Shown one piece after another: positions 48,174 through 58,900 of a DNA stretch of 64,000 bases. The stretch's first letter is position 1, and the number at the start of each line of letters is the position of its first letter. The notes under the pieces are model-generated. The model saw nothing but the letters and a program-made list of their open reading frames with translations, had not been told where the DNA came from and did not search any database. The stretch is from Candidatus Altiarchaeia archaeon (GTDB lineage: Archaea > Altiarchaeota > Altiarchaeia > IMC4 > QMZM01): the NCBI GenBank assembly GCA_049299895.1, contig JBAQYF010000019.1:71709-135708 (forward strand), read 5' to 3'. Position numbers and translations under genes: made by a program.

Positions 48174-48908
48174 TCAGGTTTTGATCATGTAATTCAATAC
48201 GACATAAGGTTTCATATTATTATGAGGCAGCCCCCCTCCAACAGCAGAAATGTTGGCTCCGGTTGAGGACATGTTTACAAGAACGGTCGTGTTGCTGCTG
48301 TAGCGGAGTGCTCCACCCTGGCTTCCTGGCACGTTCCCGCCAGGGTTATCTCTGTTGGAGGTGCTACTACCGATTGAATGGGCGCTGTGATTATGCACAG
48401 GCAGGTTGACTGCCGAGAGGGTCACGCTCTCGTTCCCTCCGGAAACGCCAAGATCCCACTCCGTCAGACCCTCGCCCTGTCCGGCCGCTATCGGCGCCCT
48501 GCCCCGGAAGTCCGGTATCTTGAACGACGACACGCCGTCTCCGCCATACGTTGTACCTATCACGACAAAGAGATCCGGGTAAGCGGAGGGATCAAGCGAC
48601 GTTCCGTTGCAAAAGAGCCATCCCACAGGCTCATTAGATCCCGCATATAGACGTATCTCGCCAGTGTTGGCCCCGGACGAATCCCAAGCAGTCGTGCAGC
48701 TTCCCGCCAGGCATACCTTCGACGCATATATCTTTGCGCCCGCGCCGGACAAGTTGAGCAAGGAATTTGCCTCTATGCCTCCGGACACGTTAAGGGTTCC
48801 GTTGCGCAGATTAACCTCCCAACTCTGAACGAGATATGATACCAATATCCCTGATGCCGCAGCGAGCAGCAAGTAATATTTCAGCCTGCTTTGACGGAAT
48901 TTACTCAT
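48174..48908 (-). CDS. Phage tail collar domain protein (MdpB-like), paralog 1
   Basis: GEIRLYAGSNEPVGWLFCNGTSLDPSAYPDLFVVIGTTYGGDGVSSFKIPDFRGRAPIAAGQGEGL...NESVTLSAVNLPVHNHSAH. Confidence 0.7.
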   Translation of the reverse strand: MSKFRQSRLKYYLLLAAASGILVSYLVQSWEVNLRNGTLNVSGGIEANSLLNLSGAGAKIYASKVCLAGSCTTAWDSSGANTGEIRLYAGSNEPVGWLFCNGTSLDPSAYPDLFVVIGTTYGGDGVSSFKIPDFRGRAPIAAGQGEGLTEWDLGVSGGNESVTLSAVNLPVHNHSAHSIGSSTSNRDNPGGNVPGSQGGALRYSSNTTVLVNMSSTGANISAVGGGLPHNNMKPYVVLNYMIKT

Positions 48909-48947
48909 TTTCTAAGTAGATAATAATTATATGGGAGTCAATAAATT

Positions 48948-50987
48948 TCATAATAGGGTGTTCGACGCAAGCTTGCCCCGCATGCAAAGGCTGCCCGCCG
49001 AATCGATATAAGCCATATTCGTTCCTGCGCTGTTTTGCACCACAAAAGAGCCCTCCCCGGGATACGAGCAATCCAGATCGTAGTCGCTGCAAGTCGTATC
49101 CTGTATGCAGAGGTTGCCCCATTCGTCTATATATGACACGGTCGCATCGCTGCTGTTTTGCACCAGGAACGTCCCGTCCGGCGGAGCACTGCACGACCCG
49201 CCCGCGATGCAGGATCCAGTCAAACGGATCTCTCCAGCATCGCTAAATGATGCAACCTTGTCGCCCGAACTGTTACGAACATAGAAATACGTAATCTGCG
49301 AACCATCGTCCAAAACCGCCAAAACAGTTACAGTATTATTGCACGAACCGCTAACGCCAAAGGGGATGACAATAGCCCAATACTCTTTCCTGGCTGACGC
49401 AACGCCTTCAGACGTTTCAATGCCTTCAACGCCCAGATCGAAGGCAGACTCATTTACATAACCCGTCGACAGTTTCTTTGCAGACATGCTATCATAGTTT
49501 CCCGGGAATACGCCGTAACTGATATTCCCCGCGCCGATCACACCCGCCCCGGAACATGACATGTCCGCGTTGGCGGCAACCTGTATGTCGATCATTACGT
49601 TCCCCATGTTCGTGATATTGGTGCTGTTGGCAGAACTGCTATTCTGCCCAGGACTCATAGAACCAAAACTTACGCTATCCTCCAAGACCGACAAAGCGAC
49701 CAATTGATCGACGATACTATCCCCTGCAGAAGAATTTGAATTATCAATTGAATCACTGGCAGAAACATTACAGGTCCAGGTCCCGTTCAAAGCCTCATGA
49801 TGCAAAGTGAACGCACAGGATACGTTCCGTTCATTTCCGCTCTCGCTTGTAAAAGAGCAGCTTGAATTAGTATAATGAACGTTGTAATCGTCCGGGTCTG
49901 GCGAGGAAACGGTCTGGTGATAAAGGGTCGCGTCGGCAGAAACGATATCCTGGTACCCATTGACGTCCGTGACCGAAGCGTTGCACAAGACAATGGTATC
50001 GTCTGCCACAGACAGGCCGATATTCCCGCCGTCAGAATCGGAAAGAGAGACTCCGTCAACCACGGGAGCCTCGTTAGACCCTGACAGGTTGAAAGGATAG
50101 CTTGCATTCATCGCCCCGCCGTCGTCGCTTACAAGCACGTTGCCCTCGTTGTCGCACAATTCCGCGTAGGCCCTGTACTCCCCTGCGGGATTGTCGGAAG
50201 TATTCCATGCGCCGGAATTCCACCACACCTGATCAAGCGCAAGCCCGGAGCCTGCCGTAATGATCCTCGGGGAAGAGTCGTTGACTATCGTAGCCTCGTC
50301 GATCCACGCCCCCTGTTCATTCTTCTTTTGCACGACCATGCGCAGGTATGCAAGTATGGAAGTAGACCCGGAGTTGTTCACCTCGGATTTGTCCACGCCG
50401 AAATAAGAGGACCCGGATAACATGAGGCCGCCGGTATTATTGACGTATACGTTCACAGTCCATATCTCCTTGTATTCGTCCCCGTAGGGGATAGTGTAAT
50501 TGTATTCGTAGGTCAATCCGCTGGAAATAGACCCTGCGGGAGTCATCGAGGCGTTGTTCACTGCCGCGGTCCCACCCTTCAGGAGAAGCGTGATCACTGC
50601 CGAATCGAGGCTGGATGCTCCGCCGATGTCGGTCGCGTTGACCCGTATCCTTATATCCTGCCCCTGGGTGAAAGAGGCAGATGCGCCCAGGGAGGAATCG
50701 TATGTCAGGGGCGAGGAGACAGTCATCTGTATGTCGGCTATGGTAATGACCCTTACCTCGCTTACTTCATACGTCCCGGCGGAGGAACAATTAACCCACC
50801 AATAATAGTCTCCCAGATCAAGGGACTCGTTTATGGTCAGGGACTGCTCCGTATTATTCGCTATCTCGCAGGAATCGCAGGCAAAGGCCGGACCTGAAAG
50901 CAGAAAGACGCAGAGACAAACGTAAATGGAACAAACGATTCCATGCGCTCGCATCGTGCGCCCAATCTTCTTTCTATTCGCTTTCAT
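48948..50987 (-). CDS. Large secreted/surface protein, about 680 aa, rich in N-glycosylation sequons and Cys, no recognised domain
   Basis: Likely start MKANRKK with a signal peptide (IVCSIYVCLCVFLLSGPAFA). Many N-x-S/T sequons. Cys-rich C-terminal region. Confidence 0.5.
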   Translation of the reverse strand: MKANRKKIGRTMRAHGIVCSIYVCLCVFLLSGPAFACDSCEIANNTEQSLTINESLDLGDYYWWVNCSSAGTYEVSEVRVITIADIQMTVSSPLTYDSSLGASASFTQGQDIRIRVNATDIGGASSLDSAVITLLLKGGTAAVNNASMTPAGSISSGLTYEYNYTIPYGDEYKEIWTVNVYVNNTGGLMLSGSSYFGVDKSEVNNSGSTSILAYLRMVVQKKNEQGAWIDEATIVNDSSPRIITAGSGLALDQVWWNSGAWNTSDNPAGEYRAYAELCDNEGNVLVSDDGGAMNASYPFNLSGSNEAPVVDGVSLSDSDGGNIGLSVADDTIVLCNASVTDVNGYQDIVSADATLYHQTVSSPDPDDYNVHYTNSSCSFTSESGNERNVSCAFTLHHEALNGTWTCNVSASDSIDNSNSSAGDSIVDQLVALSVLEDSVSFGSMSPGQNSSSANSTNITNMGNVMIDIQVAANADMSCSGAGVIGAGNISYGVFPGNYDSMSAKKLSTGYVNESAFDLGVEGIETSEGVASARKEYWAIVIPFGVSGSCNNTVTVLAVLDDGSQITYFYVRNSSGDKVASFSDAGEIRLTGSCIAGGSCSAPPDGTFLVQNSSDATVSYIDEWGNLCIQDTTCSDYDLDCSYPGEGSFVVQNSAGTNMAYIDSAGSLCMRGKLASNTLL

Positions 50988-51021
50988 AGACCATCTTCGC
51001 ATGATAAATGGATAAAGTAGC

Positions 51022-52923
51022 TCAGCTGACACTGCCAAACCTGACGCAGTTGATATAGTAGGCAGAAGTCTTAGTCCTGCTATATGAGTCGGTTGGGTAT
51101 TGAACAGTCTTCATTGTAGCATAATTCGTATCAACCCCATCATTCGACCAAGTCTGGTAGTAAGACCCTGAGACCCCGAAACAAGTCCTGGCAGCGGAAT
51201 CACATATGTTGGTATTAGCGAACAAAATATTGTAAGGTATTATCGCCGGAAGAGTCCAGTCATTCCACCCTGCATAAGACAACGTATCGCAGTAGTTGCA
51301 TGCAGGATAACTGCTGCCTTGATTGTCGCACGTACCCATGCTTGTTCCCGTAGGGCCCCAGGTATAAGTCGATGCGGAACCCGGGGTCCAGCACTTGTCT
51401 GGCTGGCCTGAATAAGTCGTGCATTGCAGGTAAACAGTCTGCCCCTGGATACTCAGGACGGAGTAGCTGTTGTCGCCTGAACCGCACGTACAGTCCTCGC
51501 ATCCGGCATCGGACGCGTCAGAGTATCCGTCGCAGTCGTTGTCTAAGCCGTCCCCGCAGTTCCCGTTCGCGATGGTCTCCGCAGTGTTGTATCCGCCGCA
51601 GGAACACGAACAGTCGCTGCATGAATCGCAGTTGTAATCCGTATTGCAGCTACCTGCACCGTTACATGTATGCTGGCAGTTGCTGGTCCCGGCGCAATGC
51701 CATGTACCGTCGCACGCACCGGAGTTGCACGAACCGGACGAACAATACGTATTGGAACCGCAGTTGGCGGTCGCATCGTTAGCATCGCAAGCACCTGCAC
51801 CATCGCAATAACCGTCGCCTCCCTGCTGGACGCAGACGCTGGAACAGGCAGTATAACTGGCAGTGCACTGGGTGAAAAGATCTTCATTATCCGCCTGATT
51901 CGCACAACTGCCGCTGGAACACTTCTTGCAGGTTCCGCTGCATGTACTGGAACCCTCGGTATCCTGGGTATTATCCGTTATGCTCACAGGATCAAAAGAA
52001 CTGCCGGAACAACGCTTACAGGAAGGCTGAGAGTCCTCGCCAGCAGACAAGTAGGCGCAGGCATAACCTGAACCGCTGCATGTGTCCGCCCTGCACGAAT
52101 TAGCAGCAGGCGCACCAGCAGTAGAACACTGACTCCACAGATCCTGAGCAGCAGTCTGATAAGTGCACGCCCCGCCAAAACAACGATAACATGTACCGGT
52201 AGAAGAATTACAAATATTAGAACCCTCGGAATCAGCACTATTATCCGCAACACTCACAGGATCAAAAGAACTGCCGGAACAACGCTTACAGGAAGGCTGG
52301 GACTGCTCGCCCGAAGAGAGATATGAGCACGCACCTGAGCCGTCGCATGTCTCCGCCTTGCACGAATCGGCCGACGGAGGAGCAGCAGTTGTGCACTGGC
52401 TGAACAGATCCTGGCCCGCTTCCTCGTTCTGGCAGGATGATCCGTTGACGCATCCCTTGCAGGTAGAACACGCCGCGCCCGAACCATAACACCCGCTGCC
52501 GGCGGTGCACCCGGCATAGGGATGACTGGCGTCATAGCAATAAGCGGCGCAATTTGTTCCGCTGCCGGAGCACCCGAAAGGATCCTGGCATTCTGAAGAG
52601 GTATACGTAGAATTATAGCATGCCAGCGAGCAGTCGGTTACAGTATGATTGCAGCTCCCGGTCATGTTGCAGGAATACAGGCTGTACAGCGAAGCGCTGC
52701 ACCTGCCGAGAAACAGCGTGCAGTTATAACAGGGCTCGGATCCCGAAACCATGAAATTAAAAGTGGGACTACGGCTGCCGGAGGTGGCGTTTTCAGGAGA
52801 AACAAGGTTTACCGAAAACAGCGTCTGCGCATAAACGAATAACATAAGGGCAAGCGCAAGTATGAAAGAGGACAATACCGCATATCCTACGATCCGTCTC
52901 CCGTTTTCTCCTTTTGTTTCCAT
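51022..52923 (-). CDS. Cys-rich secreted protein with internal approximately 90-aa tandem repeats, MopE-like CxDGxDNDCDG metal-binding motif and DUF1566 (Lcl C-terminal)-like end
   Basis: N-terminal TM or signal. Repeats ...SQCTTAAPPSADSCKAETCDGSGACSYLSSGEQSQPSCKRCSGSSFDPVS... occur at least twice. NGNCGDGLDNDCDGYSDASDAGC is present. The C-terminal ...WNDWTLPAI...YYINCVRFG resembles DUF1566. Confidence 0.5.
   Translation of the reverse strand: METKGENGRRIVGYAVLSSFILALALMLFVYAQTLFSVNLVSPENATSGSRSPTFNFMVSGSEPCYNCTLFLGRCSASLYSLYSCNMTGSCNHTVTDCSLACYNSTYTSSECQDPFGCSGSGTNCAAYCYDASHPYAGCTAGSGCYGSGAACSTCKGCVNGSSCQNEEAGQDLFSQCTTAAPPSADSCKAETCDGSGACSYLSSGEQSQPSCKRCSGSSFDPVSVADNSADSEGSNICNSSTGTCYRCFGGACTYQTAAQDLWSQCSTAGAPAANSCRADTCSGSGYACAYLSAGEDSQPSCKRCSGSSFDPVSITDNTQDTEGSSTCSGTCKKCSSGSCANQADNEDLFTQCTASYTACSSVCVQQGGDGYCDGAGACDANDATANCGSNTYCSSGSCNSGACDGTWHCAGTSNCQHTCNGAGSCNTDYNCDSCSDCSCSCGGYNTAETIANGNCGDGLDNDCDGYSDASDAGCEDCTCGSGDNSYSVLSIQGQTVYLQCTTYSGQPDKCWTPGSASTYTWGPTGTSMGTCDNQGSSYPACNYCDTLSYAGWNDWTLPAIIPYNILFANTNICDSAARTCFGVSGSYYQTWSNDGVDTNYATMKTVQYPTDSYSRTKTSAYYINCVRFGSVS
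51981..52300. repeat. Intragenic tandem duplication, about 270-bp period. The 44-bp segment ACAGGATCAAAAGAACTGCCGGAACAACGCTTACAGGAAGGCTG is identical at about 51983 and about 52254.
   Basis: Direct comparison of the two segments. They correspond to the protein-level repeat of the Cys-rich gene. Confidence 0.7.
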
Positions 52924-52971
52924 TATTTTTTTCGTTGGTTTACAAATCCCGGCATGCTTGGATCAATGCGA

Positions 52972-55900
52972 TCAAACGCCTGCCGGAGGATCCGTGAGAT
53001 TCACTATCTCATTTGGCCCGTATGAATCTTTTTTGGTTGCGACCGTCAGGGAAACGTTCGCTTTGACGCTGAATGAACCGTTAGTCCAATTAATATTATT
53101 TGCAGAGTCATTAACATAAATCGTGTAATTATAAGTCCCCCATTTCCAGGTTCCAGTATAGTTGTATTGCCATAGGTCCGAGACATTAGTCATCGAGTAA
53201 TTGGTCTCCAAGCCTCCAGGAGGCGTTATGCCTATCCAGACCGTGCTTATCCCGAATGACGAAGATGCAGAAGCATTTATGGAAACGTTGTAGCCGTAGC
53301 CTAACGGATCCGGCCCGTCGACGACGTCTGTTATATTCGGATTAAGCCAATCAGATGATACGCTCAGGTTATAATCGTCCGAGCGCCCGCTGTGCCCCTC
53401 AGAATCCGAGCAGTTAACAGACCAGTTATAAATTCCGTCAGGCAGGAATAAATTGAAATACTGATCCGTGTTTTTTGTTACCAACGTGTTTGTTTGGCCG
53501 ACTACATCATTTAGCAAAAGATCGCAGAAAACGATATCATAGCCCCCGCTCACGTTGTAGGTGAAATTCACAGTCCTTGATTCAGTCCATTCAGAGTTAT
53601 TGGCCGGCGCGATTAAAGACACATAAGGCGGCGAGCGAGCAATCGTAAGATACCTTGAGTTCGAAGAATCAGTATAATTCGAGTTTCCTGCAGAGTCGTT
53701 GGCCCAGCCGTAATACGAATAAGTCCCGCTTGACAGGTTCGTAACATTGACATAGAACAGATAAGTAGAGCTATTGTACTTCTGGAATTCAGACCGGTAC
53801 TGAAACCAAATTTCCCGGGAGGACAAAGTACGATTATATAACCTAACCTCGTCGATAGATCCGTTGAAATCGAAATAAAGAGGATACGCGAAGGACATAA
53901 CGCCAACGGCAAATCTATCCCCCTGGGCAGCCCGGTAAACAATCGGACCGGTTAGGACCGAACTAGTCTCGTTGACGCCGTTTAGATATAACTGCGCTCC
54001 GCTGGATGAATTATAAGTCAAAGCCACGTAATACCAAACATCGGTTGTGACCGAGGAAACAGATTGAATATTTATCTCATTCGAATTGTTAAGATCATCC
54101 AGATTAATCGACACCCATATCTTGTTATTGAGCGAATACACATTGTAGCCCGACCCCCAATTATTCCTGCCCCGGCTAAGGATAAACTGAGTACCGGAAA
54201 CCATATTAAACTTGACCCACGCCGAAACCGTGAGATAATCGCTTGGAGCCAAAACCGAAGAATTACCAAACAACACATAATCGTTATCCCCGTCAAAACT
54301 CAAAGCCGAACCAAACCTCCCGGAAGAATTCCAAACAGCATCCAGGACAGTACCGTTATTCCCATACCGGGAAACATCCACAGCAAAAGTAGAATTCTCA
54401 CCGATCGCCGAATTATTATTGAAATTCATATCCAATACGAGCGAGTTATCGTATATCGAATAATTCGAGCCATTCCAATTGAATTTGAAGAAATCAAGAT
54501 TCTGCTCGGTGATCGATATATTGACCTGCGTCGAATTAACGGTAATCGTCGACCCGTTCCCGGCAGTCGGGAAAGAGAAGTTAAGGGCAGGAGCAATCGT
54601 GTCCGCCGAAACGGTCAGATACCTTGGACTCGCCGCAGTATACGTGTTCGTATAATTCGAATTCCCTGACGTGTCGTTCGCCCAGCCGTAGTATGTGTAC
54701 GTGCCGGAGGATAGATTAGTCAGGTTCGCGTAGAACCGGTACTGTGTCGAATTGTATTTCATAAACTCCGACTGGTAGTGCATCCAGACCTCCTGCGCGG
54801 ACAGCGAGCGGTTGTACACGCGGACCTCGTCGATGGAGCCGTTCCAGTACCAGTTCGTCCATTTGTTCGCACCTATCTCCAGAGGAGCTGCAGACGAAAA
54901 ATCGCCAATGCTGCCCGAGGCGCTATTAGCCAAAACACCATTTATATAAAGACGTATAGTATTGGAGCCGTTATAGACCCCCGTCAAATGAACCCATCTA
55001 TTCGTAGCCGAAGAATCTAACTTCTCAGCATATAAATAGACGCCCCCGTGGTAAGTAAGAAAACGCCACTGCAAAGAATCCCTTTTATAATACAAACTAA
55101 AATAGCCAGTTGAAACACCCTTGCTAACAATACCCAAATGAGCACTACCCGAAACATCCACAAGATAAACCCAAGCCTCCACCGTAAAAGCAGTAGCGTT
55201 CGAAAAATTAACAGAAGGATTATGAGAAACATTAAAATAAACAGCAGACCGATTATACTTAAAAGCACCACCAAACCGCCCAGACGCATTCCACACAGGA
55301 CAAGAAGACAAAAAACAAGAAGCATTATTACCATATCCGGAAGAATCAACCACATAAGACGAATTATCACCCAAAACAGAATTATTATTGAAATTCAACG
55401 CCAAAACAAGCGAATCATCATAGAAGGTATAATTCGTACCGTTCCAGTTGAACTTGAAGGAATCAAGGTTCTGCTCTTCTATCGAAATATTCACCTGGGT
55501 CCAGTTGACGGTGATCGTTGATCCGTTCCCGGCGGTCGGGGAGGAAAAATTTAGGGCAGGCGCCATTGTGTCTGGTTCAATCAATGAAATGGTCAGATAC
55601 CTCGGGCTCGACGCATTATACCCATTCGTATAATTGGAATTCCCGGCGGAGTCGTTGGCCCAGCCGTAATACGAATAACTCCCGCTTGAAAGGTTCGACA
55701 GGTTGGCGTAGAAACGATAAGTCGTCGAATTGTACTTCGCAAACTCCGCCTGATAATGCATCCAGACCTCCTGCGCGGACAACGCACGATCATACACGCG
55801 GACCTCGTCGATCATCGACTTCGTATCGCTCTGAGCGATGTGAACATACGCTGACATAAAGCCAGGCCAGCCGTCAACATACGAACCGACCAAAACGCCA

Positions 55901-58900
55901 TCCCGATAACTGACCCTGGACCCGGAAACATTGGAGAAAACAACCGCATAATGATGGAATCCTTCCTCCAGAACGATAGAAGGAGAATCAAAATAAGAAC
56001 CCTCCACGCGCGCCACAGGCATAACCATCGACACACCGCTGTCGTTATAATACTCAAAAGTAATACGACTAGACCCATCCATGTCAAAATTCAAATAATC
56101 ACCCCAATCAACAGAAGAATCATCATCCCTCAACCAAAACTCAAAAGTAGACGAAGAAGTATTAATACCGACAACACAACTCACACCGTCATCACTGTCC
56201 AAAAACTGATAAGCACCGCCAAACCTACCAGAAGAATTCCACACAGCCCCACCAGACACATCACAAACAAAACCATTACCAGAAACATCCAAAACCAGAG
56301 TCGAATTCTCCCCGATAGCTGAATTGTTGTTGAAATTCAAAGCCAACACAAGCGAATCATCATAGAGAGAATAATTCGATCCGTTCCAGTCGAACATGAA
56401 CGAATCAAGATTAGGCTCGTCAATGGAAATATTCACCCGAGTCCAATTGACACTGATCGTCGAACCGTTCCCGGCGGTGGGATCTTCAAACGATAACACG
56501 GGAGCGGTACTGTCTGCTTCTATTGTGAATCCGTCGGCCGCGGATAGGTTGTCGTATCCTGTGTTGTGGTCGACGCAGCTTATGTTGTAATAGTAGGTGC
56601 CGCCCGACGCAAAAGACCTATTGTATTCGTAGACGCCGGAAGATGCGTTATAAGACATGTTCACGGCCTCGCTCCAGGACCCGGAGCTGTTCTCTGAATA
56701 CTCGCAGTATATACCCGTGCCATTTACAGGATCCCCCGAAGTGCCATTCGTATAGTTGGCATAGAAGAGCACCTGCTCCCCAGCATACTTGCTCTCAAGG
56801 TCGGTGTCATCCCATATAGTAAGGTTGCTGTTATAGCCCATGCCGCCGGCATAAGCCGTGAATGACGCCACAGTAAACCAGAAATGAGTCCCATTCTCCC
56901 CGTAGGAGTAATCGCCGGTTGAATTCTTCTCCCATGAACCACAGACCCCGGAGGAATAATTCCAATCCGTGCAGTGATAGATATAATCGATCCTGAAACT
57001 CTTAGGGAGGGTGATGAGCGCGTTCTGCATACTGAACTGCGTAGTATCCAACGCAACTATCGTCGAGATGTTACGGGCATCAGAAGGAAGACCCCCCTCA
57101 AGGGATGCGAACTGCGGGCCCACTGATACATTACCCAAAGTAAGATTCACACCACGCAAGACCATGCTCCCGATCCCGGACGAAATGTTAATATCATATA
57201 GGTCGTAGAGCGCAGCATACCTGCTAATCCTCGAATCAGCCAGAGAAAAGTTCTTTGACTCCAAAAGATAACCATTCCGATCAAAAACATCGGCAGAAGA
57301 ATCCAGAACACCCAGCGAAGAATTATACGCAGTCACGTTCAAGAACGCAGTCGAAGGATCCACAAATAAATCAGCGTGAGTAGAAGAACTCATGTTCTCC
57401 GAATAATTAGAGACATACACACACCAGTGTATGTCCGACTCAGAAGAAAGAACAGTCCTGGAAAGATACGAACCAATACCCCTACGCTCAATATCCCCGG
57501 GATAAGTATGAACAGAAATCTCACCCCCATCCACAGAACAAGACATACCAGTATTCTTCACCTTAACAGTCAGATTAGCCGCATCAACCCAACCAAAATC
57601 ATCCTCAACTGATATGTTCAATACAGCAGCATCCCCCGCCATATAACGCGAATTACCGCGCAGATTAATAGCATCAAGATCCGTACGCACCCGAACCAAA
57701 CGGAAGATAATAGAGGAATTCCCTTGAGCAGCAGAGTAATTAACGCCCGCATCCGAATAATTGACCGAGAGATTATAATAACCAGGCGCATAAACAGTCT
57801 TATCAAATGACAGGCCACAATGACCCGATGAATTGGTCGCGTTCATGCCCAGGTATGAGCCGTTCAGATAGAACGAACAATTCGCAAGGACACCCACAGA
57901 GGAATTATAAAACAGGTAGACTCTGCCCTGCACAGTCAAATTATTACCAACTATGCCCAACACATCCTCATGAGGAAGAGAACTGGTATAATTACCCCGG
58001 AAAACACTTCCACCATTAACCGGACTGATCAAATCCGCACACGCATACCAAGACACATTCACAGACAAAGAAACGTTGTTGTTCGATTCGCCGGACTCCG
58101 CAAAGGAGCCATCCGAGTCAACCGCCCAGAGGAACGAATGACTGCCTCCTGAAGCAGTCCAGTTAAAAACGATCACATGAGACGCATTTCTCGCAATATC
58201 CACCACGACCGATGAATTCAGGACCGAATCCACATAGAAAGACAAATTCAAACCGGACACATTCACAACGTCATTATTATGAACCGTCAGATTAAAACTC
58301 ACATTATCAAACTCCCCGGCAGAAACAGGAACATAAGAGAGGTCACTGACATTCACCGAGAAATCAAAGGCATTACCCGCAACCAGAACATCGTAGGCGG
58401 AAGTGAAATTAACGTTACCCGCAGCATCCTGCACGTAGGCAGTATAATTATAATAACCGTCAGAGAGGTTTGTGAAATTCCGATACAACCGGTTTAGACC
58501 TGCGTTGTATGAGGCATTGATCTCCTCGGGGGAGAGTGCGCGATTCCAGATGCGCACTTCGTCGATGGAACCGTTGAATTGCTCCCCGCTTCTCCCGCCG
58601 ATCCTGAAAGACGACGCCGGCCAGTCGAAGCTCTTATAAGCGCAAGAAGACACACTGGTGCCGTTAAGATATATCGAGATATTTGTAGAGTTGGACGTTA
58701 CCGTCACATAATTCCAGGAATTGCAGGGCATGGGGCTAAATGAACATATAGAAGTATAAGTACCATTGATGAATGCACCCACATAAAAAAGGCTCACGTT
58801 ATTCATTCTAATACTGGGTTTATGGTCTGCTCCTTCAAAGATGTTTCTTGTAGAATCGCCTGCAGACCGTGGATTCAGCCAGGCAGAAAAAGACCAGTCT

